Shown here: piece by piece, positions 5,859 to 15,100 of the stretch
How positions within the stretch are numbered: position 1 is the first letter of the stretch
Layout: the number at the start of each line of letters is the position of its first letter
Source: an uncultured virus (IMG/VR IMGVR_UViG_3300028914_000084)
Taxonomy: Duplodnaviria > Heunggongvirae > Uroviricota > Caudoviricetes
Strand: one strand, 5' to 3'
Length of the DNA: 20,000 nt
Virus record (IMG/VR): IMGVR_UViG_3300028914_000084
Notes under the pieces: model-generated
The model's input: the letters and a program-made list of their open reading frames with translations, nothing else
Told to the model about the DNA's origin: nothing
The model's database searches: none
Translations under genes and position numbers: made by a program

Positions 5859-8459
5859 TCACACTCCTTTATCCATATTCATATAACCGAATATATTTAA
5901 TGTTAATCGTCCAGCTCCGCTATACACATTTCCATATGGTTTATCAGCTGGTGTAGCCATAGATGTTTTTACAAATAATTGTCCACGTCCTACTGTTTCT
6001 ATATTTTCTAAATCTACTGGCACTTCAATTGTATCTATATGTCCTGCTTCACTATTTTCAGGTGTATAAGTAAGTTTCTTTCTCTTTGGGTCCAATCCTT
6101 TGACGATTTCAGTACCGCTATATTCCGAATAACTACCCATTAAATCACTGTCCATAACATAAAATAATGAAAAAGTATTATTCTTATCGCCTTTGTACAA
6201 TTTTAAATCTTGACATTTGCCTATTATATCGGAACCATTTAAACCGGAATGAACCGGAGTCGTCTGTAGTACTAAATAAGCGCTAGTTGGTGTAAAATTA
6301 TCTGGTATATAATAATCAACTGCTAAAGATTTCTTAATCAATACGGATGGTCCACTACCCATAGTTGTTGTAAAACCTATAGTATCCCATCCAGAGAAAA
6401 CACCACCACTAGTATATTGTAAATTTGTGAATAATCCTTGACCACCGATTACTTTTTTACCTTCCCCTAAATATATGTCTCCCATAAATTTACCATTATT
6501 AGCTTCTATAGATCCGTCCGGTAGTATTTTAAAATTACCATTAGCCGTAACAGTACCTTCTAATAATATTTGACCCGGTATCAGATTTATTTTAGATATG
6601 ATATTTTTACTAGAAGTGGCATCCATAACATTATTATTAACACTTAATTCTATTTCGCTAGCCGTTTGTTTAATTTTACTAGTTAAATCTAATTGTGTCG
6701 CAAACATGTCTGTGAATTCATTACTTATAGCATAAGTTATGTCCATTGATGAATTATATGGTGAACAACTTAATGTATTGTTACCTTTGTGTAATGGTAT
6801 AGCTAATAAACCACAATCTATAACTTCCTCATTTTGAAGTATGTATTGTTGTCCATCAGAATCTAAACCTATACGTCTAGTAAGAGTTGCTTCACCTAAA
6901 TTATTTAAATCAAATTCATCATATACATTTCCTACTTTACCTAAATAATCAAATGGTAAACGTATTTTATCTTGTTTTTGTATATTATTAACTGTGTAAT
7001 TTACAGTAATATGTGGATAACCAGATGGATATAATGTACTGCTAGGATATACACTTCTTCCAGGAAATGTAGGTATCATTTCCCCAGTTAAATGTAAAGT
7101 TTGTAATGGTCCCTCTGCACAATTAGATAAAGTTACTGAATTTGTACCAGATGTAGACCTAATTAAATCTATAAATCTATCAGCATTTATGTCTAATTTC
7201 CAAGTATCATCATTTGTATCAAGGTAATATTTTATATAATTGTTATTATCACCTATAGCTAACTGACCTGTTGAATCCATAAATATTCCTCTAGAATTAG
7301 CAGATACAGAATTTTTAACACCTGAATAAATAGAGTTAGCAGTTATATGAAATCCACCAATAGTTGCTCCGAAAGCTACTAAATCTGTAACATTTACTTT
7401 ATCTGCTGTTATAGTATGAGCAGTTATAACGCTACCATTTATACTATTATATTGGGTTTGCTCAGATGTTACTGATTCACCATCTGTATTAAGTTTATAA
7501 TATAATCCGTCAGAACCTAATACAACTAATTTATCAGCTTTAATAGTATTACCCTCTATTAAATCACCTTTAATAGTAACACCAACTAATTCACCTGTTA
7601 TATGACCAGACTGAACCACTAGATCATTTATTATACCTGAATCAGCAAATATCTTTTCAACAGCGGCTGTACCTATGTTAGCAAAATCTATTTGTGCATA
7701 ATCGGTTTCTAAAGTATTTGTTTTTAAATCGTTTACAACAATAGAACTCAAACCAGTTAACACTCCATCTTGAATAGTAAAACCAGTATTTAAAATTCGT
7801 ATATCAGAGTCGAATACTTCCAAAGTATTACCCTGTGCATTGATAACATTACCTTGAGCATTTACTGTATTGTCAATAAGACTCATATTATTATTAATAG
7901 CTGTTATGCTATTATTTTGCGAAACAATTGTATCATTCAAAGAAGATATTTGACTTCCTTGTACTGATATTGAACTATTTATTGATGTTATATCAGAATT
8001 TATAGAGCGTATTTCAGAATCATGAACCTGTATTTTGTTATTCTGCGCATCAATAACATTATTATATGAATTTATTATATTATTCTGTTCTTGTATCGAG
8101 TTATTTATTTGAATAATAGAATTTCCTTGCTGAGTTATTGAATTATCCAATTGTCTAATACTATTGCCATTTTGATCAACTGTTTGTGATAGGTCTGTAA
8201 CAGTGGCTGTTCTAGCCATTGGTGAGGAAATGTTATCAGTAACAGTAGCAGTATGGTCTTTTATAAGAACTTCTACACGTTCATCATTCTTTATTTCAAC
8301 AGTAGTAGAAACAGGAGTCAATATGTCAGAACCGTCAAGTTGAACATATTCTGTATTATTTACTATTTTTACAGTACCTTTTAATGTTGTTTCTTTTTTA
8401 GGTTCTTTAGGTGTTGCTAATTTAGCAAATTGTTTTATTAAAGAACTCGATAATGCCAT
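5859..8459 (-). CDS. Central tail fibre/spike-like minor tail protein (~866 aa; start revised to MALSS)
   Basis: SD AGGAGGTGT at 8464-8472 precedes ATG at 8459, so the track start at 8480 is probably too long. Small beta N-domain, long heptad coiled coil, beta-repeat segment (GNTIKADKL, TITADKVNV, GATIGGFHIT), scaffold domain, C-terminal head. Confidence 0.75.
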   Translation of the reverse strand: MALSSSLIKQFAKLATPKEPKKETTLKGTVKIVNNTEYVQLDGSDILTPVSTTVEIKNDERVEVLIKDHTATVTDNISSPMARTATVTDLSQTVDQNGNSIRQLDNSITQQGNSIIQINNSIQEQNNIINSYNNVIDAQNNKIQVHDSEIRSINSDITSINSSISVQGSQISSLNDTIVSQNNSITAINNNMSLIDNTVNAQGNVINAQGNTLEVFDSDIRILNTGFTIQDGVLTGLSSIVVNDLKTNTLETDYAQIDFANIGTAAVEKIFADSGIINDLVVQSGHITGELVGVTIKGDLIEGNTIKADKLVVLGSDGLYYKLNTDGESVTSEQTQYNSINGSVITAHTITADKVNVTDLVAFGATIGGFHITANSIYSGVKNSVSANSRGIFMDSTGQLAIGDNNNYIKYYLDTNDDTWKLDINADRFIDLIRSTSGTNSVTLSNCAEGPLQTLHLTGEMIPTFPGRSVYPSSTLYPSGYPHITVNYTVNNIQKQDKIRLPFDYLGKVGNVYDEFDLNNLGEATLTRRIGLDSDGQQYILQNEEVIDCGLLAIPLHKGNNTLSCSPYNSSMDITYAISNEFTDMFATQLDLTSKIKQTASEIELSVNNNVMDATSSKNIISKINLIPGQILLEGTVTANGNFKILPDGSIEANNGKFMGDIYLGEGKKVIGGQGLFTNLQYTSGGVFSGWDTIGFTTTMGSGPSVLIKKSLAVDYYIPDNFTPTSAYLVLQTTPVHSGLNGSDIIGKCQDLKLYKGDKNNTFSLFYVMDSDLMGSYSEYSGTEIVKGLDPKRKKLTYTPENSEAGHIDTIEVPVDLENIETVGRGQLFVKTSMATPADKPYGNVYSGAGRLTLNIFGYMNMDKGV
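7810..8180 (-). repeat. Protein-level heptad repeat (coiled coil), ~120 aa
   Basis: QNGNSIR QLDNSIT QQGNSII QINNSIQ EQNNIIN SYNNVID AQNNKIQ ... AQGNVIN AQGNTLE. Confidence 0.85.
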
Positions 8460-8463
8460 ATTG

Positions 8464-8472
8464 ACACCTCCT
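8464..8472 (-). promoter_or_regulatory. Shine-Dalgarno site of the 866-aa gene
   Basis: AGGAGGTGT overlapping the TAG stop of the upstream gene, just before ATG at 8459. Confidence 0.8.
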
Positions 8473-9529
8473 ATTTCCAAAGTTTTTTAGTAAATGTAAC
8501 AGTAGTACTTACTGTACATTCTTTATCACATCTTATAGATTGTGAAATTATTTTAGCTTTTATATTATTTAATTCTGCTTTTTTATAGTTCAATCGTACG
8601 CAATCTCCTAATCGTAATGGGTAATATCCATGAGAAATATTCGCCGTATATTCGACAGACGATAGAGATGATAATAATTGTTCAGCATATTCATCAACTT
8701 GTGCTCTTGTTGGTATACCATGTAAATCAGGATTCGTTACTCTATGAGTTATTTTACGACCTCTATTCTGTATAGACGTTGGACTATTAGGGTCTTCGTT
8801 CTTAACTATAGAAGTATATATCTCATTATTAATAGTTGTAATTACTTCGACTACATTAGGTATTCCAAATATATCATGTTTTAGTGATACATCTGGTAAT
8901 AATATAGAGTTATCGTCGTCATTAAAAGTATACACCGGTTGTAAAGACTCAAACTTTTGTATAGGTGAGAATAAAATTTGACCCAATTCGTCTAAACCAA
9001 ATTTATATTTAGCCTGGGATATCAAATCTGATGTAAAATCTAGATAAGTATCTTCTGTATTAGCTACGAAATTCTCAGTTAAAGTTTTATCTGAACTTGT
9101 CTTGACAACCGGTGCTCTACAATTATCTCTTACTATTTGGTAAGCGTTTTCCATTATATCTTCGTTTTTTAATAAAGTATAACCCAAAGGAACTGGATTT
9201 TCTTTTAGTTCAATTAATGGTGAATAAGCAGTCATTGATACTGTTTTTATTTTACCATCAAAGTTAGAAGACGGAGTTTGAACCAAGAAGGTTCCTAAGG
9301 GTAATTTTAAAGTTTCTGTACCTTGAGTTACTATCATATAAATTCTTATATAACATTCACCAAGAGTATTTACTATTTCTATATTAGCCGTTTCTATTGT
9401 GGCTGATTCGTAATCTCTATTTATATCTGAAGAAATTATTCCTTCAATAAGTCGTTTATCTTTCCAAGTGTTTGGGTCTACCTCATAATATTCAAATTTT
9501 CGGACCATACCTTTAGTCCAATCTATCAT
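8471..9529 (-). CDS. Minor tail protein, baseplate hub/Tal-like (~352 aa; start revised to MIDW)
   Basis: SD AAGGAGG then TAA-T-ATG at 9529. Second gene after the tape measure. Motifs LPLGTF, V.MTAYS.LIEL, F..DELGQI.F, YPLRLGDCVRL are typical of hub proteins. Confidence 0.7.
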   Translation of the reverse strand: MIDWTKGMVRKFEYYEVDPNTWKDKRLIEGIISSDINRDYESATIETANIEIVNTLGECYIRIYMIVTQGTETLKLPLGTFLVQTPSSNFDGKIKTVSMTAYSPLIELKENPVPLGYTLLKNEDIMENAYQIVRDNCRAPVVKTSSDKTLTENFVANTEDTYLDFTSDLISQAKYKFGLDELGQILFSPIQKFESLQPVYTFNDDDNSILLPDVSLKHDIFGIPNVVEVITTINNEIYTSIVKNEDPNSPTSIQNRGRKITHRVTNPDLHGIPTRAQVDEYAEQLLSSLSSVEYTANISHGYYPLRLGDCVRLNYKKAELNNIKAKIISQSIRCDKECTVSTTVTFTKKLWK

Positions 9530-9530
9530 A

Positions 9531-12140
9531 TTAGATTCCTCCTTCAACTCTTGTTACATTCATTGTTACTGGTATTATTAAACTATCATAATTAATATTA
9601 TAATTTACACTGATATTAGCCCAGTAACCAGTACCAGATGGTTCTCGAACATATACATCACCTGTCCATTTTGATAATCGTCTTATAGCATATAATGTTT
9701 CTTTATCATCCTTTGGTATTGCAGTTGTCCAAGTAGATGATTCACCTAATTGTGTACCATAATAACTAACTGGATGCGACCTACCAACATATTCTACAAG
9801 ACTCATGTCTATTGAATTATTATCGCTTATAGTTATATTATAAGGTAATCTTAAAAGAGAACCAGACCATGGTTTCTCAACAGCGGCATCTTCACCACTC
9901 TCATCGAAATTAATCCACTTTTCAGCCCATTGAATTATTATAGCAAATTCTCCAAACTTAACAGGTTCTATATCAGCATATGACATAGCGCCAGTTTCAG
10001 ATTCTTTAGCTACAATTCTATAGCGAGCATAATCTAATGTTGGATGAGGGTCTGTTATATATAAACCTTCTTGATTATTTATATCCTTTGCTATCTCTGT
10101 AAAGCTTCCATCATAATTTATTCGATATACAGACATTAAACAATCTGTAACTAATTCTTCAATTATTTCACCATCTATATTAGAAAATTCGTAACATAAA
10201 GGATTGATAGTTGCTTCATATGTTTCAGTATTTAGGTTTATAATGGCTCTAACATCGTAATATTTTTCATCAAAGAAAGCGGAGAATGTTTTACTATTAG
10301 AACCATTTAAACCTGAGTTCATTGCAACTGTACAATTTATTGTATAACTTATTCCTGATTGTAAGTCGATATTACCTGGGGTAAATTCTAAAAGGAAACG
10401 CCAGGCATTCGAAGTAGGGTCGTATGTTTTAGCATATATTATATCACCAGCGTTTATAACTTTTTGATTACCGGTATTGTCTAGTGTAATATAACCTTCG
10501 TTAGCTACAACTTCTACGTAATAACTTATAGGAGTTTGTGCTGGTGGAGTTGCTAACACTGATAAATAAAAAGGAAAACTAGATACTTCATCAATTGATT
10601 CATCAGCATTATTCTTTAAATCCAATGTAACAGTTGGTTGTGCATAGAAATTTATTTCTCTTTCAGTAGAATATTCACTATATTCACTTGTTACTCCAGC
10701 TGTTTGAACTCTCCATTTAATTTTAAACCCTTGTTGTATGAATGTCCATTCAGGGTCTGTACTGTCAATTGTATATGAACTTGTACGATTATTTGCTTCA
10801 TTTTCGACTATTTGATGGTGTATTACTTTTTCAATAACCATAGGAACTGACGATGGGTCTGTTGTATCTATTGCTTCCATATGAAGTCTAGCTACAGTTT
10901 CCACAGAACCATCAGTAGAGTTGTGTGTCCAGTATAAATTTACACTGTTTCCGATTATGACAGAAGTTATAGTAGTCCAAGTAGTAGGAGCAGCAGGTCT
11001 TGTACCTATATTAGTAGACCTAATATCCGTCCATTTTGATTGTCCTTTTTCATTAACTGCATTCACACGGAAAAAGTATTCATGACCTAATTCTATATCA
11101 GTCAATAATGTATGTTCACCACTACTTTTATCAACAGTTACTGATGTTACTCCAGAACCACTGTCAAAATATTCAGGATTTGTAGTGTACTCTATTGTGT
11201 AACTATCAGCTGTATCAACTGGTGACCATTCAATATATATACCGTATGTTCTAGTACCTTGTTCGACTATTGCTTTTGATTCTAGGTTTGTTATTTCTTC
11301 TGGCGCTACAGGAGTGGATTTTTGATTTGTTGTAAAATTAGTCCATCCACCATATATATTACCTCTTATGGCTCTACATCTTATTCTGTATGTATGTCCA
11401 GGGTCTACATCACAAGTATATGATAAAGATAATGTCTCAAAATTTATAGGAACTATAGGTGAATTAAATTTAATAGTATCGTCTTGATATATAGCGATTT
11501 CTATATCAGTTCCATTGATATGCTCGTCTATATTATCCATTGTGACTGTTAATTTATTATACGCGTCTATTTCAAAATATGGATCTGGTGGTAATAATGG
11601 TGGATTATTTCTAAAGTCATATTCCAAATAACCCCAATCAGTATTAGGTAAAGGGTTTCCATCGTTATCAACAGGTCTTACACTGAATCTACATACATTC
11701 CATCCTTCTGTAGAATCTAATGTAAATACAGAAGCTTTATTGTTGACTGATGTGTTGTAATTAGTATTCTGTTCTTTTATCCATAAATGACCTGCGTTAT
11801 CCCATTGTTCCCATCTGTACCAATAATGATTAGAATAATCATAAGCCCAAATAGCTTCCATAGTTCTATCAGAACCTGCTTGTAATTTAAGCCATTCTAT
11901 TCTTGGTCTATCTGGCGATGGAGCTGAAGGGGAAGCATTCGGATTGCTCCCTCCCCCATATCCAGGTGTAATACCAGGAAGTGCTAATAATTGATTTGGA
12001 TAAATTATACCACTGCTTTGTGGAATCCCGTTAGCATCTGCTATTTCTCTCCATCTGTATGGATTATTATAGACTGATTGAGCTATATCCCAAAGACAGT
12101 CTCCGGCATATACATGCCATCTATTATTTTCTAAACCCAT
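9531..12140 (-). CDS. Distal-tail-like minor tail protein with N-terminal LysM and fibronectin-III-like domains
   Basis: 869 aa directly after the tape measure. LysM motif HVYAGDCLWDIAQSVY...WREIADANGI...IIYPNQLLALP. Fn3-like ends DPGHTYRIRCRA..G.YGGWT and ELGHEYFFRVNAVNEKGQSKWT. C-terminal Dit-like region (YVGRSHPV...VYVREPSG). Confidence 0.8.
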   Translation of the reverse strand: MGLENNRWHVYAGDCLWDIAQSVYNNPYRWREIADANGIPQSSGIIYPNQLLALPGITPGYGGGSNPNASPSAPSPDRPRIEWLKLQAGSDRTMEAIWAYDYSNHYWYRWEQWDNAGHLWIKEQNTNYNTSVNNKASVFTLDSTEGWNVCRFSVRPVDNDGNPLPNTDWGYLEYDFRNNPPLLPPDPYFEIDAYNKLTVTMDNIDEHINGTDIEIAIYQDDTIKFNSPIVPINFETLSLSYTCDVDPGHTYRIRCRAIRGNIYGGWTNFTTNQKSTPVAPEEITNLESKAIVEQGTRTYGIYIEWSPVDTADSYTIEYTTNPEYFDSGSGVTSVTVDKSSGEHTLLTDIELGHEYFFRVNAVNEKGQSKWTDIRSTNIGTRPAAPTTWTTITSVIIGNSVNLYWTHNSTDGSVETVARLHMEAIDTTDPSSVPMVIEKVIHHQIVENEANNRTSSYTIDSTDPEWTFIQQGFKIKWRVQTAGVTSEYSEYSTEREINFYAQPTVTLDLKNNADESIDEVSSFPFYLSVLATPPAQTPISYYVEVVANEGYITLDNTGNQKVINAGDIIYAKTYDPTSNAWRFLLEFTPGNIDLQSGISYTINCTVAMNSGLNGSNSKTFSAFFDEKYYDVRAIINLNTETYEATINPLCYEFSNIDGEIIEELVTDCLMSVYRINYDGSFTEIAKDINNQEGLYITDPHPTLDYARYRIVAKESETGAMSYADIEPVKFGEFAIIIQWAEKWINFDESGEDAAVEKPWSGSLLRLPYNITISDNNSIDMSLVEYVGRSHPVSYYGTQLGESSTWTTAIPKDDKETLYAIRRLSKWTGDVYVREPSGTGYWANISVNYNINYDSLIIPVTMNVTRVEGGI

Positions 12141-12143
12141 ATA

Positions 12144-15100
12144 TTACACTCTCCCTTCAATTTCTATTGCTTTAATTAAATCGCTAACTGCTTGTGCAAT
12201 AGGTGTACCATCGTTATATGAAATACCTCCGAAATTATATGTATTACCAGGTGTTTGTTCAGACATTGATGTTTTAAGTTTATCAATAGCGCTAACAATG
12301 TCACTATTAGTTGCCGCATTTTGATTTTGTAATTTCAATCCAGAACTTATAGCATTAATATTAGCACCTATACCGATGTTTTGTCCATCAAATATAGAAC
12401 CTATTCTAGTAGCGCCAGATTCTATATTACTTAAATCTAGAACTGGTGTTATAGTAGGACTCATATCTGATTCAGAATTTATAATATCAGTTATTTTTCC
12501 TAATGCATCTGACATTCCTAATTTAGCAGTTTCGCCAACATCATTGGATGCACTATATACATTTCTAGCATATTCAATTATACCGTTTACTAAACCTAAA
12601 TCAAAGAATTTACCCATTTCATGAGTTGCTTTAGAAGGTGATTTTTCCTTTAATGCATCTTTAGCGGCTTGTAATGCTCCTTTACCTAGTTCAGTACTGG
12701 CATTTATTACTAAATATTGGTTATCAGCTATTCCGTTTGCTAAACCTCTAACAAAGTTTTCACCTAATTTATTAGCTGAATCCTTCCCCATTTTAGCCTT
12801 TACACCTTCTATAGCTGATTTAGCCATTGCTTTAGAAGCATTATTTAATTTAGTTTTAGTATCTTGATTTTCAAAACTAGATAATAAACCCTTAATGCCT
12901 TTATCACCTAAATCTTTTAAGGCTGTAGATAATCCAGTTATAGATTTTACATCAACTGTTTCGAAACTTTTAACAAATTTAACCACATCAGTTACATTTC
13001 CTAACGCTGCTAAAATAGTAGAACTATCTATCACTGCTATACTATTCATGAAATCTGCTATAGATGATCCTAAACTTTTTAAATTTATAGATTGAGATAT
13101 GATTTCTTTTAGTCCTTTTCCTTTTAAAGATTTTAACAAATTAATAACACTATTTATAATAGTAGATACAGTTGTTATTCTTTCATCCTCTATATCACCA
13201 AAACCAGTTACAAATCCGGCAATACCTACTGCTAATTCTGGTAAACTTCTGCCAAATGATGTAAAATCATTTTCTCCAACTAATTTACTTAGTAATCCTC
13301 CAGCATTAGGTATGTCTTGCGCTACTTTTGTAAGTTGTTTTATAACTGAACAAGCTACTTTAACACCGCCAACACTATCTTCTGTTATGCCATTTTGATC
13401 AAGTATGTGTATAAAAGACGCTAATCCGTTTGCTACAGATGGTAAATTTACAGAAAATGAATACATATCATTATCGCCAACTAATGCACTTAGTAATCCG
13501 CCAGCGTTAGGTATCTCTTGTGATACTTTGGCTAATCGTTTTATAGCTTCACATGCAACTTTAACAGGAGCAAGGCTATCTTTTGTTATGCTTGCTTGGT
13601 TTAGGTTATCGATAAATCCTACTAATCCACTGGCTACAACTGGTAATGTTGATGCAAATTCATCTGGGTCATTGTTGCCTAATAGAGCTCCAGCAATACC
13701 TCCTGAATTTGGTATAGTTGCAGCTGCTTCTGAAATTAACTTTAATGCTTCACAAGCTACTTTAACTTTTTCAACATCTTTTATAGGTTTTATATTTTTA
13801 TTAAAATTTGCCAACCCGGTACCCAATTGTGCTAAATTAGTGCCAAACTCTTCGAATGATGTTTTACTAAATATAGATATTGAATCTATAAATTTAGCAC
13901 TAGTTAATGCTAATATCGCTTTTGATAGATTTAACATAGAAGTTGCTACTTCTGGTTTTATATTAGCAGCACCTTTTATAAATGGATCAATAGATATCAT
14001 AAATAATGATAATTCTAATCCGAATTTCGTAAGACTTGTTTTACCAGACATGAGTGACATTATTCCAGAAACTAGCTCAGCTGCTGATAAAATTAATATA
14101 GATGCAGATAATGTTCCTATTCTTTTTATAAGATCACCGTCTATCATTTTAGAACCAGCGAAGAATGGAGTTAGTGATGTCATAAATAATGATAATGATT
14201 GTCCTAAAGCTGGTAATAAAGTTAATAATTCTTTTCCGAAACCAGCAACTATACTACCTGCAAAAGCTCCTATAGCAGTACCGATGGCTGTTAATATAGG
14301 TATTCCTGATTCTAAGAATTTTGCTGCATTTGGGAATAATTTATTCAATCCTCCAAAAGCTAACAATAATACTCCAAATGCACCTATCAAAGCTATTAAA
14401 GAACCAATTCCAACTAATGCTGCTGGACCAGCTAATCCTATTAAAGCTAAGGCACCTAATACAGCAGTCATACTTAATAACATTATGGACACTGAGGTAA
14501 CCATTTTTATAGATTTGTCGGGGTCTAATTTTACTAACGCTGATATTATAAGTACTAACAATGGCAATACTGTAGAAGACATTATTACTAATAAAGCTAT
14601 TCCAGCATATGCATTTTTACCGCCTAATTTAGAAACTAAAGTCATAGCTGCTAAAGTACCAGATAAAGCTATTAGTAACATAGATAATGAACTTGCTGAT
14701 GCTAATGCTCTTTCTGGATCTAATTTAGATAATGAATGTATTAATATTGTCATTATAGCTAAAGTACCCATTAACACTAATGATACTGCTGCTAATGACT
14801 TTATATCTTTACTATTCATTTTCTTAGATGATTGTATTAACAATGATAACGATAATATTATAGCGGTTACAGCAGACGTAGCTGCTAATAGATTTTGTGG
14901 TTTTATTAAACTTAATACTATAACAAAACCTAATAATACGGACATTGCTGCTATTAAACTAGTTAATGTCTTAGTAGCATTGTGTGATTTTGAAGTTGCT
15001 GCTATAAGACCTGAGAATAACACCGCTATTACTGCTATTACTGTTGTACCTTTAACCAAATCTTTTGTTTCCATAGTTGATAATATATACATTATAGCAG

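Noticed and set aside
8460..9547. ORF-track starts at 8480 and 9547
   Set aside because: Both overlap the upstream gene and run through the SD sequence. ATGs at 8459 and 9529 are properly placed after strong SD sites.
12138..12146. Readthrough fusion of tape measure and LysM protein (TAA-TAT-ATG in frame)
   Set aside because: TAA is an efficient stop and the downstream gene has its own SD-like GGGAG. In-frame spacing has a one-in-three chance.
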